64,000 bases of DNA from Anaerocolumna sp. (GCA_047972335.1 JBKEAO010000052.1:18935-82934); one strand, 5' to 3'. Positions 10,038 through 20,317 are shown, numbered from the stretch's first letter. The notes: generated by a model from the letters alone, not told the origin. Translations and numbers: made by a program.

Positions 10038-10427
10038 ATGATTAATTCTAATCTATTTAACTATGTAAATATATTAAATAAAGCAGCGGATGCTACCTGG
10101 AAGAGGAATGAGCTTCTTACGAATAATATTGCGAATGCAAGTACGCCAGGTTATAAAAGGAAAGATGTTGAGTTTCAGACATTATTAATGAGACAATTAC
10201 AAGGGAATGGAACTTTGGATCAAAAAGTGGCTAATGCAGATATTAGTGCCATGGAACCATCAGTTTACACAGACTATTCAAATTTGAGTTATCGATCAGA
10301 CGGTAATAATGTAGATATAGATACAGAGTCAGCTAATTTAGCAGAAAATCAAATTACACACAGTGCTTTACTTGAATCCATGACTCAGGAATTTAGTCGA
10401 ATAAAGACAGTTTTATCAAATAGTTAG
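10038..10427 (+). CDS. flgB: Basal-body rod protein FlgB
   Basis: NNIANASTPGYKRKDVEF, DGNNVDIDTE. Confidence 0.95.
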   Translation: MINSNLFNYVNILNKAADATWKRNELLTNNIANASTPGYKRKDVEFQTLLMRQLQGNGTLDQKVANADISAMEPSVYTDYSNLSYRSDGNNVDIDTESANLAENQITHSALLESMTQEFSRIKTVLSNS

Positions 10428-10438
10428 GAGGAAAGAAA

Positions 10439-10879
10439 ATGTCAGTTATTAATGCGATGAATGTCAGTGCATCGGGTATGACAGCCCAGAGATTGCGCAT
10501 GGATGTCATTTCACAAAATATTGCCAATGTAAATACGACTAGAGATGAAAATGGTGAAGCTTACAAACGTAAGATTCTTGTATTTGAGGAAAAAGGACAA
10601 AGTGCTTTCTCAAAGATATTAAGCAGTAAGACTGGAACCTTTGAGGGGAATGGCGTAAAAGTAACTTCTATCGTTGAAGATACAGAAACGGCTATGAACT
10701 TAGTATATGATCCTTCACATCCAGACGCCAATGAAGAAGGTTATGTAGAATATCCTAATGTGAATACAGTAACTGAAATGACCAATATGATTGATGCTTC
10801 TAGAGCTTATGAAGCGAATGTTACTGCATTTAATGCGACTAAAAATTTAGCCTTAAAAGGATTAGAGGTAGGTAAATAA
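10439..10879 (+). CDS. flgC: Basal-body rod protein FlgC
   Basis: SGMTAQRLRMDVISQNIANVNTTR, YDPSHPDA, PNVN..EM.NMIDASRAYEAN. Confidence 0.96.
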   Translation: MSVINAMNVSASGMTAQRLRMDVISQNIANVNTTRDENGEAYKRKILVFEEKGQSAFSKILSSKTGTFEGNGVKVTSIVEDTETAMNLVYDPSHPDANEEGYVEYPNVNTVTEMTNMIDASRAYEANVTAFNATKNLALKGLEVGK

Positions 10880-10938
10880 TAAATAGAAGGGATACCTTAA
10901 TAAAGATGTGATATTTATTTTGGTGATAAAGGTGTGTA

Positions 10939-11253
10939 ATGGATATATCATTATTAAATAGTATTTCTGGAGTTAGTAATTATAATAGCGGAAATGCAAC
11001 GATAAACAAAACTACTGATAATAATGCTACATTTGATAGTATGTTCCAATCAGCTCTTTCTATGGTAAAGGAAACCAATAGTTTGACTAACGCTGCTGAA
11101 CAAGCAGAAGTATCCTATGCATTGGGTCTAAGTGACAATACTTATGAATTACAAGTGGCGCAACAAAAGGCAAACCTTTCGCTACAATATACAGTACAAG
11201 TTAGAAACAAAGTTTTGGAAGCATATAAAGAAATAATGAATCTCCAATTCTAA
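10939..11253 (+). CDS. fliE: Hook-basal body protein FliE
   Basis: VRNKVLEAYKEIMNLQF C-terminus; position. Confidence 0.93.
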   Translation: MDISLLNSISGVSNYNSGNATINKTTDNNATFDSMFQSALSMVKETNSLTNAAEQAEVSYALGLSDNTYELQVAQQKANLSLQYTVQVRNKVLEAYKEIMNLQF

Positions 11254-11276
11254 AACCGTGACAAGAGGAGCATAAT

Positions 11277-12872
11277 ATGGTTGAAAGACTTAAACAAATA
11301 CCGGTTCAATTATTAGACCAGTGGAATAAGTATACTAGTAAACAAAAAACAATTATTATTGGTGTGATTGTAACTGTTTTTTTGGCACTATTTATTCTTG
11401 TAAATATTATGAATCGTACCATATATAAAACATTAATTATCAGTGAGAGTTCAAGAGATGCCTCAACAGTGGCAAGTCTTTTGAAAGAGGAAAATATTCC
11501 GTATCAGTTAGCGGAAGACAATCTAACGATCAAGGTTGATGAGAAAAGGTATTCAGATGCAATCCTTTTAGTTTATAGCAGTGATGTATCAACATCGGGC
11601 TTAACATTGGATGAATTGGTGAGTAATGATCTTAGTACTACAAACAGTGATAGAAATTTGAAAAACCATCTCTATGTGCAAACAGAGATAAGGAATTACC
11701 TTATTAAAATGAATGGAATTAAGGATGCGTCAGTAACTTATGTTCCACAGGATACCACTTATAGTGTATTAACTGAAAGACAGGATTATCCTGCTAGTGT
11801 TGCCTTAACCATTACAGATAGTTTTGAACTCTCAACAGCTGCAGCAGTGGCTGAATATGTAGCGGCGGCTATTGGGAATGAAACCACAGAAAAAATCAAA
11901 ATTATAGATCAAAATGGTAATTTATTATTTGGTGGTGAAGAGGATTTGTATTCTGGAAATGCCACATCTGTATTAGAATACCGTGAAAAATTGCAAAATA
12001 CCTATAACAATAATATATACATGCTCATGATGAAGCTTGGATATGATGAAGTACAACCTATGTTTAATTGGGCGCTTAATATGGATAAGGTGACTGAGCT
12101 TTATACAGAACAAATTCCAGCAGAAGGATCTGATCAAGGTTTATATAAGAATTATTATTCTTATGAAGCTGAAAATAGTTCAGCAACTAGTGGTGGTACA
12201 CCAGGTACAGATTCTAATGACGAGACCAGTTATTATGTGGAGGATGGAAGTAGTGAAGGCTCCACAGTAACAACAACTCAGATTGAATACTTACCAAGTG
12301 AAAGAGTGACAAATACAGAGTATGAAGTAGGAGCTGTTATTCCAGAGGAATCCTCTGGGAGTATTGTTGTGACCAAAGTAGTTACTTTTACCAAAAGTCA
12401 GTTAGAAGCGCAAGGATTACTTGAAGATATGACTTATGATGAATATCAAGTGGCAAATAATGACCCACAACAAGTTGAAGTGGGAGAAGATGTTTATAAT
12501 ATGGTTTCCATGGCTACTGGTATTGCTGTAGACAGAATATCCATTATAGCTTACGAACAACCAGTCTATCTTCCTACAGCAGACTCTAGTCTTGATTGGA
12601 CATTTTATTTACAAATACTTTTAGCAGTGGCTATTGTTGGGCTACTTATTTATGTAGTATTTAGAGGTACTTCTCCAGTTGAAGTAACAGAACTAGAACC
12701 AGAACTTTCTGTGGAGCAATTACTTGCTACAACCAAAGAAAATCAAACGTTAGACGATATCGAGTTCAGTGAAAAATCTGAAGCGAAGAAGATGATAGAA
12801 AAATTTGTTGATGAGAATCCAGAAGCAGTAGCCCAGTTACTCAGAAATTGGTTGAATGACGAATGGGGTTGA
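11277..12872 (+). CDS. fliF: MS-ring protein FliF
   Basis: Two TM segments; C-terminal NPEAVAQLLRNWL; between fliE and fliG. Confidence 0.92.
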   Translation: MVERLKQIPVQLLDQWNKYTSKQKTIIIGVIVTVFLALFILVNIMNRTIYKTLIISESSRDASTVASLLKEENIPYQLAEDNLTIKVDEKRYSDAILLVYSSDVSTSGLTLDELVSNDLSTTNSDRNLKNHLYVQTEIRNYLIKMNGIKDASVTYVPQDTTYSVLTERQDYPASVALTITDSFELSTAAAVAEYVAAAIGNETTEKIKIIDQNGNLLFGGEEDLYSGNATSVLEYREKLQNTYNNNIYMLMMKLGYDEVQPMFNWALNMDKVTELYTEQIPAEGSDQGLYKNYYSYEAENSSATSGGTPGTDSNDETSYYVEDGSSEGSTVTTTQIEYLPSERVTNTEYEVGAVIPEESSGSIVVTKVVTFTKSQLEAQGLLEDMTYDEYQVANNDPQQVEVGEDVYNMVSMATGIAVDRISIIAYEQPVYLPTADSSLDWTFYLQILLAVAIVGLLIYVVFRGTSPVEVTELEPELSVEQLLATTKENQTLDDIEFSEKSEAKKMIEKFVDENPEAVAQLLRNWLNDEWG

Positions 12873-12889
12873 AAATAGGAGGTTAGCAT

Positions 12890-13900
12890 ATGGCTAAGAA
12901 TATGGAAATAACGGGTTTACAAAAGGCTGCTGTGCTACTTATTGCCCTAGGACCTGAAAAATCAGCGAATATATTTAAACATTTAAAAGAAGATGAAATA
13001 GAACAGCTGACCTTAGAAATTGCAAATACCAGAAGCGTATCACCTGCAACAAAGGAACAGGTGTTAAATGAATTCTATGAAATTTGTTTGGCGCAACAGT
13101 ACATTGCAGAAGGTGGTATTGCTTACGCGAAAGAACTTCTTGAAAAAGCATTAGGTGAAGATAAAGCAAAGGATGTAATCGGTAAATTAACCGCTTCCTT
13201 ACAAGTTCGTCCATTTGAGTTTGTAAGAAAGACAGATGCAAGCCAGATGTTAAACTTTATTCAGGATGAGCATCCTCAGACCATTGCCCTTATCCTTTCC
13301 TATTTATCTTCTGCACAGGCATCTGCTATCATCTCAGCACTGCCTCCAGATAAGCAGGCTGATGTTGCGAAACGTATTGCCCAGATGGACCGTACCTCAC
13401 CAGATGTAATAAAGGAAGTAGAGAGAGTGTTAGAAAGAAAACTATCCTCTTTGGTAAATCAGGATTACACCATTGTTGGTGGTGTAGACTCAATTGTTGC
13501 AATTTTAAATACAGTTGATAGAGGAACTGAAAAACACATTATGGAAACACTTGAAATTGAAGAACCAGAATTGGCTGATGAAATCAGAAGAAAGATGTTT
13601 GTATTTGAAGATATCTTATCCTTGGATGATAAATCAATTCAAACTGTACTTCGTGAAGTGGATAATAATGAACTTGCCGTTGCGCTTAAATCTGCCAACG
13701 AAGAAGTACAGAATGTTATCTTTAGAAATCTTTCCAAACGTCTTGCTACAATGATTAAAGAGGACATGGATTTTATGGGTCCTGTTCGATTAAAAGATGT
13801 AGAAGAAGCACAGCAAAAGATTGTAAATATTATAAGGAAATTAGAAGACTCTGCTGAAATTATTATTTCAAGAGGCGGAGGTGACGAAATAATTGTCTAA
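12890..13900 (+). CDS. fliG: Motor switch protein FliG
   Basis: KAAVLLIALG, EHPQTIALILSYL, MFVFEDI, GPVRLKDVEEAQ. Confidence 0.97.
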   Translation: MAKNMEITGLQKAAVLLIALGPEKSANIFKHLKEDEIEQLTLEIANTRSVSPATKEQVLNEFYEICLAQQYIAEGGIAYAKELLEKALGEDKAKDVIGKLTASLQVRPFEFVRKTDASQMLNFIQDEHPQTIALILSYLSSAQASAIISALPPDKQADVAKRIAQMDRTSPDVIKEVERVLERKLSSLVNQDYTIVGGVDSIVAILNTVDRGTEKHIMETLEIEEPELADEIRRKMFVFEDILSLDDKSIQTVLREVDNNELAVALKSANEEVQNVIFRNLSKRLATMIKEDMDFMGPVRLKDVEEAQQKIVNIIRKLEDSAEIIISRGGGDEIIV

Positions 13901-14732
13901 TCTGATCAAATCAAGATATGTGTATGTAAAAGAAGAAGAAAAAAAGCTTGTTGATTCTAATCAACGATTGGAAGAGTTAAAAACCCTTTATGCGGCTCTT
14001 CACATACCTGTAAGGCCTCTTCATGATACATCAGAAGGCAAAGGTGACGGGATAGATTTTGTAGAAGGACTTAGTTATCAGGTGCTTGAAACTGCGGCAG
14101 CTATTTCGGAAGAAATACCAGAAGAAATACCAGAAGAAATACCAGAAGATCCTGAACAAATTCTTAGTGAGGCAAAGGCGGAGGCAGAGAAAATTCTTGA
14201 AGCTGCCAGAGTAAAAGCAAGTGAAGAAGGTGTTAGGGTTCTTGAAGAAGCAAGGCAAAAAGGATATGAGGAAGGCCATAAAAAAGCCATGGCAGAAGGA
14301 GATCTCTTAAAGAAGGAGCTAAGGGCCAAAGGTGAAGAGATGGATTTGGAATTCGACAAGACTTTGGGTGAATTAGAACCTGAATTCGCAGAATTGGTAG
14401 CCTTGTTAGTAGAGAAGATCATAGGAGTTTGTGTCCAGGATAAGCGTGATATTATTTTGTATCTACTCCATACAGCTATGATACATGCGGATAACAGTAA
14501 AGTGTATACTGTCAGAGTGTCAAGTGCGGATTATGAGCTTGTGAACGCTGATAGAGAAAAATTAATAGATCTGATTGCAAAAGATAGTATTTTAGAAATT
14601 AATGTGGATAAAAACTTAGTGACAAATCAGTGTGTGATTGAACTAGATAATGGTATGATAGATTGTAGTTTAGATGCCAAGTTAAGTGCATTAAAACAAG
14701 ACTTAAAACTTCTTTCTTTTCAGAAGCAATAA
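13893..14732 (+). CDS. fliH: Export apparatus protein FliH
   Basis: A..KGYEEG repeats, CVIELDNGMIDCSL; between fliG and fliI. Confidence 0.88.
   Translation: MSNLIKSRYVYVKEEEKKLVDSNQRLEELKTLYAALHIPVRPLHDTSEGKGDGIDFVEGLSYQVLETAAAISEEIPEEIPEEIPEDPEQILSEAKAEAEKILEAARVKASEEGVRVLEEARQKGYEEGHKKAMAEGDLLKKELRAKGEEMDLEFDKTLGELEPEFAELVALLVEKIIGVCVQDKRDIILYLLHTAMIHADNSKVYTVRVSSADYELVNADREKLIDLIAKDSILEINVDKNLVTNQCVIELDNGMIDCSLDAKLSALKQDLKLLSFQKQ
14109..14149 (+). repeat. 12-bp tandem repeat (GAAGAAATACCA x3.4; EEIP) inside fliH
   Basis: Read directly from the sequence. Confidence 0.9.
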
Positions 14733-14747
14733 AGGCAGGTGTAAGTT

Positions 14748-16052
14748 ATGGCGGATCTTTCAAAATATAAAGTCTTACTTGATAAATCATATGAGAAACA
14801 GTTGGGTAAGGTTGTAAAGGTAGTGGGACTTGCCATAGAATCTGTAGGACCAAAAGCCAATTTAAATGATTTGTGTCTTATTGTTTCACAAGATAAATCA
14901 CAAAAGATTATGGCAGAGGTTGTTGGATTTCGAGAAAATAGAATACTTCTAATGCCTTATGACAGTATAGACGGTGTAGGAGTAGGGAGTACAGTTGAAA
15001 CCATGAAAGAACCGTTAAAAGTATTTGTAAACGATTCTCTCTTAGGTAAAACCTTAGATGGACTAGGTAGACCAATAGATGGTTCAAAAATCCTGACTGG
15101 AGTAGGATACTCAGTTGATGCAAAACCACCAGATCCACTAGAAAGAAAGATTATTGCAGATATACTTCCCTTAGGTGTAAGAGCTGTGGATTCCATGATC
15201 ACCGTGGGAAAAGGACAAAGGATTGGTGTGTTTGCAGGTAGTGGTGTAGGTAAAAGTACTTTGCTGGGTATGTTTGCAAGAAACACAAAAGCAGATATCA
15301 ATGTAATCGCACTAATTGGTGAACGTGGTAGAGAAGTAAGAGAATTTATTGAAAGAGATTTAGGGGAAGAGGGTATGAAACGTTCTATCCTAGTCGTTGC
15401 AACCTCTGATCAGCCAGCTCTTATTAGAAAGAAAGCTGCAAAAACAGCTACGGCAATTGCGGAATACTTTAGAGATCAAGGAAAAGATGTACTTCTTATG
15501 ATGGACTCTCTCACTAGATTTTCCATGGCTCAAAGAGAAATTGGACTTGCTTCTGGTGAACCACCAGTTTCAAGAGGATATCCACCAAGTGTATATGCGG
15601 AGATGCCTAAATTATTAGAAAGAGCGGGTAATTCCAATGTTGGTTCCATTACTGGTCTTTACACTGTTTTAGTAGATGGTGATGACTTTAATGAACCCAT
15701 TACTGATACAGCTAGGGGTATCTTAGATGGACATATTATGCTAACTAGAAAGTTGGCCCATAAAAATCATTATCCTGCTATTGATGTGCTACAAAGTATA
15801 TCCCGTGTTATGTCTGCTGTGGCTACAAAAGAACACAAAGCGTTAGCGGGTAAATTAAAAAATGTATTAGCTACCTATAATGAAGCAGAAGATTTGATTA
15901 ACATTGGTGCCTATAAAAATGGTTCAAATAAAAATATTGATTACGCTATTTCAAAGATAGAAGTAGTAAATTCCTTTTTACAGCAAGATGTAAATGAGAA
16001 AGAAAGTTTTGATGAAATCATGGAAGCTTTAGCAAATTTATTTAAAGAATAG
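14748..16052 (+). CDS. fliI: Export ATPase FliI
   Basis: FAGSGVGKSTLLGM, LIGERGREV, MDSLTRF, DTARGILDGHI. Confidence 0.97.
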   Translation: MADLSKYKVLLDKSYEKQLGKVVKVVGLAIESVGPKANLNDLCLIVSQDKSQKIMAEVVGFRENRILLMPYDSIDGVGVGSTVETMKEPLKVFVNDSLLGKTLDGLGRPIDGSKILTGVGYSVDAKPPDPLERKIIADILPLGVRAVDSMITVGKGQRIGVFAGSGVGKSTLLGMFARNTKADINVIALIGERGREVREFIERDLGEEGMKRSILVVATSDQPALIRKKAAKTATAIAEYFRDQGKDVLLMMDSLTRFSMAQREIGLASGEPPVSRGYPPSVYAEMPKLLERAGNSNVGSITGLYTVLVDGDDFNEPITDTARGILDGHIMLTRKLAHKNHYPAIDVLQSISRVMSAVATKEHKALAGKLKNVLATYNEAEDLINIGAYKNGSNKNIDYAISKIEVVNSFLQQDVNEKESFDEIMEALANLFKE

Positions 16053-16062
16053 GAATGTTTGT

Positions 16063-16512
16063 ATGGCTAAGTTTATCTATAAGATGGAGAATATCTTAAG
16101 TCTAAAATATAAAATGGAAGATCAGGCCAAGGTAGCATACGGAGTTGCACAAAAGAAACTCACCCTTGAGGAAGAAAAGCTTTTTACATTAAAGAAAAGA
16201 ATGGCCATGTATCTTGAAAAAACCAGAATTATGATGCAGACAAGACTGGATGTAACAGAACTTAGAAGTCTCTCGCAAGCTGTTGAATTGATGAAAACAC
16301 AGATTAAGGTGCAAGAGTTAGTGGTAAAGAGAGCAGAAAGTCACTTAGAGCTTATGAGGAGTAGACTAAATGGAGCTATGCTTGAACGAAAAACCCATGA
16401 GAAGCTGAAAGAAAACGCATTTAGCGCGTTTGTAATGGAAATAGAATCAGAAGAAAGAAAAGAAATGGATGAATTGGTAAGTTTTAAATATAATAATCCT
16501 GCCGATAACTAG
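16063..16512 (+). CDS. fliJ: Export chaperone FliJ
   Basis: MAKFIYKMENIL..., ERKTHEKLKE, EERKEMDE; follows fliI. Confidence 0.9.
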   Translation: MAKFIYKMENILSLKYKMEDQAKVAYGVAQKKLTLEEEKLFTLKKRMAMYLEKTRIMMQTRLDVTELRSLSQAVELMKTQIKVQELVVKRAESHLELMRSRLNGAMLERKTHEKLKENAFSAFVMEIESEERKEMDELVSFKYNNPADN

Positions 16513-16523
16513 GAGGAGCAGAA

Positions 16524-17297
16524 ATGGCACGAAATAGAGATAAAAATGAAAATTCTGAAAATGGCAAAGGAATTGTCGGTAAGGTTATTACAACTGCAAT
16601 TGTTTTAGTGATCATCGCTATTTGGCTTGCGGTTTTTGCGGTGTTGATTAAGTTAGACTTTAATGGTTTAGGATCCACCGTATTGCGTCCTCTATTAAAA
16701 GACATCCCTTTGGTAAATAAGATTCTTCCAGATGTACCCGAGGAACAAATTGCATATGAAAATGATTATCCATATAGCACCATAGAAGAGGCTATCGTTA
16801 GGATAAAAGAATTAGAAGCGCAGAACAAAGAATTATCAGAAAGTAATACTTCCGATGCTAGTTTAATTCAGGAATTAAAGGCGGAAGTTAGCAGACTACA
16901 AATATTTGAAGAAGACCAGATGGCTTTTGAAGAAAGAGTGAAAGCATTTGATGAAAATGTAGTTTTTGCTGAGGTGGCTCCAGATATTGAAGAATACAAA
17001 GCTTACTATGAGAGTATAGATGCTGCCAATGCAGAAGAAATCTACAGACAAGTAGTAGAACAGTTACAATATTCCAAGGCAATAGAAGAAAAGGCTGATA
17101 TTTACAGAAAAATGAAACCACAGGAGGCAGCCGATATATTAGAAACAATGACAGCTGACATTGATTTGGTGGCAAAAATGTTATTAACCATGCGACCATC
17201 TGAAAGTTCTCTTATTTTAGGCAAAATGGACTCAACAGCAGCAGCTAAGATAACCAAAAAAATGTTTGACTTGGATGAAGAACTACTAAATGACTAA
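16524..17297 (+). CDS. YlxF/FlbB-like flagellar membrane protein (TM + coiled coil + MgtE-N-like repeats)
   Basis: N-terminal TM; YRKMKPQEAADIL, ILGKMDSTAAAKIT; between fliJ and fliK. Confidence 0.75.
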   Translation: MARNRDKNENSENGKGIVGKVITTAIVLVIIAIWLAVFAVLIKLDFNGLGSTVLRPLLKDIPLVNKILPDVPEEQIAYENDYPYSTIEEAIVRIKELEAQNKELSESNTSDASLIQELKAEVSRLQIFEEDQMAFEERVKAFDENVVFAEVAPDIEEYKAYYESIDAANAEEIYRQVVEQLQYSKAIEEKADIYRKMKPQEAADILETMTADIDLVAKMLLTMRPSESSLILGKMDSTAAAKITKKMFDLDEELLND

Positions 17298-17354
17298 GGC
17301 TTATGGCGTTAAACGCATAAGTATAAATATTTTATATGGAAAGGAGGATCAATT

Positions 17355-18704
17355 ATGTTGTCGGCTAATTTAAAAACACAAAGTGTAAGTTTTTCTGATT
17401 CTACGAAATCTAGTAAAACTTCAGTGGATAAAGCAAAAGCGAATAAGCCATCATTTGATGATTATATGAGTTCATCTACTAATTATAGCGACAATGAAAA
17501 GACAAGTGATATCTCAACAAAAAATCAAGATACTTACTTTGAAACAAGGCAAAAAGCAATTTCATCTATGAGTGAAAAAGATATGGATTCTGTTAATCAA
17601 AATCTGAAATCTATATCCCAAGGAACTGATGATGTAGAAGGAATTGTTGCAGAAGGAATTGTTGCAGAAGAAAATATTGCAGAAGAAAGTATTGACTTAG
17701 AAGCCATGCTTGCAAATATGGCTGGACTTATGACTTCATTACAAGAATCAATCTCACAGATTCTTGGTGTATCTACAGATACGCTGAATCAAGCGATGGA
17801 AGAGCTAGGTTTTAATTCTACAGATTTATTAAGTAATGATAATCTAAAGGAATTAGTATTATTTCTAAATAACAGCAAGGATATGGCTGACCTATTAACG
17901 GATGAAAATTTAGGTAATACACTGAAGGAACTTTTAGATACAGTAAATGAATTTAAAACCAATCATCAACTTACGGATGAGAAGATAGCAAGTTATGAAA
18001 AACTTCTAACGGATTTTTCGGAACTAAATTCAGATGACTTAAGTAAGACGACAGAAAAATCTGTTGACACAGAGCCTAAGATTGTGGTTGTGAAAGAAAA
18101 TTCAAGTGTTGAAACAGATGATTCAGCAGGTGATTTAAAAGATGATACTTCTGGAAATAAGGGTAACAATACTCAAAGTCTAACCCCTACAGAAGCATTT
18201 ATTCAGAATCTTACAGCTGCCTCTGTACAAGAGACTGGCTTTACAGAACAAATTGCTAGTATCAGGCAGATGAGAGAAATAACTGATCAAATTGTTGAAC
18301 AGATTAAAATAACTATGGATCCAAGCCAAACAACCATGGAATTACAACTAAATCCTGAAAATCTTGGGAAAGTTAATTTATCAGTTGTTTATAAAGATGG
18401 AGTTATGACTGCGCAATTTACGGCGCAAAATGAAACAGTAAAAGAAGCTCTTGAGAGTCAGATGCAACAACTAAAAGAGAGTTTTGCAAATCAAGGACTT
18501 AAGGTTGAGTCAGTTGAAGTAACTGTTTCAAACTTTGCGTTTAAAGATCAGACTTCTAGTCAAAATGGTCAGGAATCAGAACAATCAGGAAATAAAAACA
18601 AAAGATTTAGAACCCTAGAAGATATTGGCTTAAGTGAAGAATTAGAACCAATTACACAAGAATTAGAAAATGACATTGTAAATGGTGTTGATATTATGGC
18701 CTAG
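17355..18704 (+). CDS. fliK: Hook-length control protein FliK
   Basis: MELQLNPENLGKVNL...VKEALESQMQQLKESFANQGLKVESVEV C-terminal domain. Confidence 0.92.
   Translation: MLSANLKTQSVSFSDSTKSSKTSVDKAKANKPSFDDYMSSSTNYSDNEKTSDISTKNQDTYFETRQKAISSMSEKDMDSVNQNLKSISQGTDDVEGIVAEGIVAEENIAEESIDLEAMLANMAGLMTSLQESISQILGVSTDTLNQAMEELGFNSTDLLSNDNLKELVLFLNNSKDMADLLTDENLGNTLKELLDTVNEFKTNHQLTDEKIASYEKLLTDFSELNSDDLSKTTEKSVDTEPKIVVVKENSSVETDDSAGDLKDDTSGNKGNNTQSLTPTEAFIQNLTAASVQETGFTEQIASIRQMREITDQIVEQIKITMDPSQTTMELQLNPENLGKVNLSVVYKDGVMTAQFTAQNETVKEALESQMQQLKESFANQGLKVESVEVTVSNFAFKDQTSSQNGQESEQSGNKNKRFRTLEDIGLSEELEPITQELENDIVNGVDIMA
17637..17694 (+). repeat. Degenerate 15-bp tandem repeat in fliK (EGIVA EGIVA EENIA EESID)
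   Basis: GAAGGAATTGTTGCA x2 plus two diverged copies. Confidence 0.8.
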
Positions 18705-18782
18705 TAACTACAGTATATGAGTTACTATAAAAGAATGTCTATTATTGTATGCACAAGATTGGTGCATTGAAAGGAGGAAAAT

Positions 18783-19613
18783 ATGAGTACATTATCCATA
18801 GAAAATGGCAAAGCAGTTCAACTTGGTACTACATCAACTACATCAACTTCATCTAATTCCAGTTTAGATAAAGATGCATTTTTACAATTGCTTGTTACCC
18901 AAATGAAGTACCAGGATCCACTAAATCCAAGTACAGATACCCAGTTTGTTGAGCAGTTAGCTACCTTTTCTCAATTAGAACAGATACAGAATTTAAACTC
19001 TACAACTAGTAATAATCAAGCCTTTGGACTTGTAGGTTCCACAGTAGTGGTATCCACCACGAATTCAGCAGGTCAAACCATTACCACACAAGGAACAGTG
19101 GATTACATTGTAATGAGCAATGGTACAGCAAAACTTTCCATCAATGATAGTTTATATACTTTAGATCAAGTACAGCTAGTATATGATAGCACGTACATAA
19201 TCAAACAGGGGCTTCCTACGATTCCTGAAGCAGTTACTGCCACAATAGATAAGGATAATCCAGAAGATTTTACTTTTGAAGTAAACTTAGGCTCGGGTGA
19301 AACAATTGCTACAGACGTTGCCTTCATTATCAATGATGAAATTATTGATTCTAAATATATTACTGTAAATGGTAATAAAGTAACGATTAGTAAAGAAGCA
19401 TTTGCAACCATACCAAGCGGAACGTATAAACCTGTTATTATGTTTAACGATGCATTGTACACCACGATCTCTAACCAGATTACATTAACAATTACTGGTA
19501 CAGATATAGAGGTGGATGGTTCAGAAGATGGAACCGATGGAACCGATGGAACCGATGGAACCGATGGAACTGATGGAACTGAAGATACCACGGATGGTAG
19601 TGACGAAGTTTAA
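18783..19613 (+). CDS. flgD: Hook cap FlgD with extra C-terminal X2-like domain and acidic tail
   Basis: LDKDAFLQLLVTQMKYQDPLNP...QLATFSQLEQ. Confidence 0.93.
   Translation: MSTLSIENGKAVQLGTTSTTSTSSNSSLDKDAFLQLLVTQMKYQDPLNPSTDTQFVEQLATFSQLEQIQNLNSTTSNNQAFGLVGSTVVVSTTNSAGQTITTQGTVDYIVMSNGTAKLSINDSLYTLDQVQLVYDSTYIIKQGLPTIPEAVTATIDKDNPEDFTFEVNLGSGETIATDVAFIINDEIIDSKYITVNGNKVTISKEAFATIPSGTYKPVIMFNDALYTTISNQITLTITGTDIEVDGSEDGTDGTDGTDGTDGTDGTEDTTDGSDEV
19527..19580 (+). repeat. 9-bp tandem repeat GATGGAAC(C/T) x6 encoding (DGT)6 in the flgD tail
   Basis: Read directly from the sequence. Confidence 0.92.
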
Positions 19614-19768
19614 TTGATAGAATAAGGGTGGAATAGCCATACGATTTTCATATGAATAACAATAAGGATGAATCCTTGCATCACCATATAAATATCAATT
19701 ATGATGTATTTTCTCTAACCGTGATTAGGTAAGCGTCAAAAAGGAGTTTGTCGCAGAAAGAGGTTAGT

Positions 19769-20161
19769 ATGAATCAAATTCAAAGAACCAATTACTCTTC
19801 CATTGAGCAGATGTCTGGAAATCTATTAAATACAAAGAAATCTGGAGCTACCAAAACCTATGAGAAAAGGTTAACCTTTCAGGAAGTACTTGAAGCAAAG
19901 CAAACCTTAGATACAGAACTTAAATTTTCTAAGCATGCAAATGAAAGACTTTCTAGTAGGAATATAGACCTATCAGAAGAACAGTTAGAAAGACTGTCAC
20001 TTGGTACAAAAAAAGCCCAAGAGAAGGGAATCAAAGAATCACTTGTCATGATAGATGATATCGCATTTATTGTTAATATAAAAAACAATACAGTGATCAC
20101 AGCAGTGAATGAAAGTGATGATAAAATATTTACTAATATAGATGGTGCTGTAATAAATTAA
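19769..20161 (+). CDS. Flagellar operon protein, TIGR02530 family (unknown function)
   Basis: LKFSKHANERLSSRNI...KGIKESLV...NNTVITA...IFTNIDGAVI; between flgD and flgE; ATG 19769 after GAGG. Confidence 0.88.
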   Translation: MNQIQRTNYSSIEQMSGNLLNTKKSGATKTYEKRLTFQEVLEAKQTLDTELKFSKHANERLSSRNIDLSEEQLERLSLGTKKAQEKGIKESLVMIDDIAFIVNIKNNTVITAVNESDDKIFTNIDGAVIN

Positions 20162-20237
20162 TCAACCAAATTAATCATTAGAATCGCTATTTGATTTATT
20201 TTTAATTAGTTATTTGCTGAATGGTTGAAATAATTAA

Positions 20238-20310
20238 ATGCTGGACCTTAGGGAAAGCATGGTGCTCCCGAATGACAGAAGGAGTAAATAGCACAACACA
20301 TAAGGAGGAC
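20238..20310 (+). promoter_or_regulatory. Candidate structured cis-regulatory RNA in the flgE leader
   Basis: GC-enriched island with two adjacent stems (ATGCT/AGCAT; TGCTCC/GGAGTA) and alternative pairing GTGCT/AGCAC, just upstream of the RBS. Confidence 0.45.
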
Positions 20311-20317
20311 AATTATT

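Noticed and set aside
16478..16508. GCCGATAA before the ylxF-like gene as a SigD promoter
   Set aside because: TAAA is only 12 nt upstream (15-16 expected) and the start site would fall within the RBS
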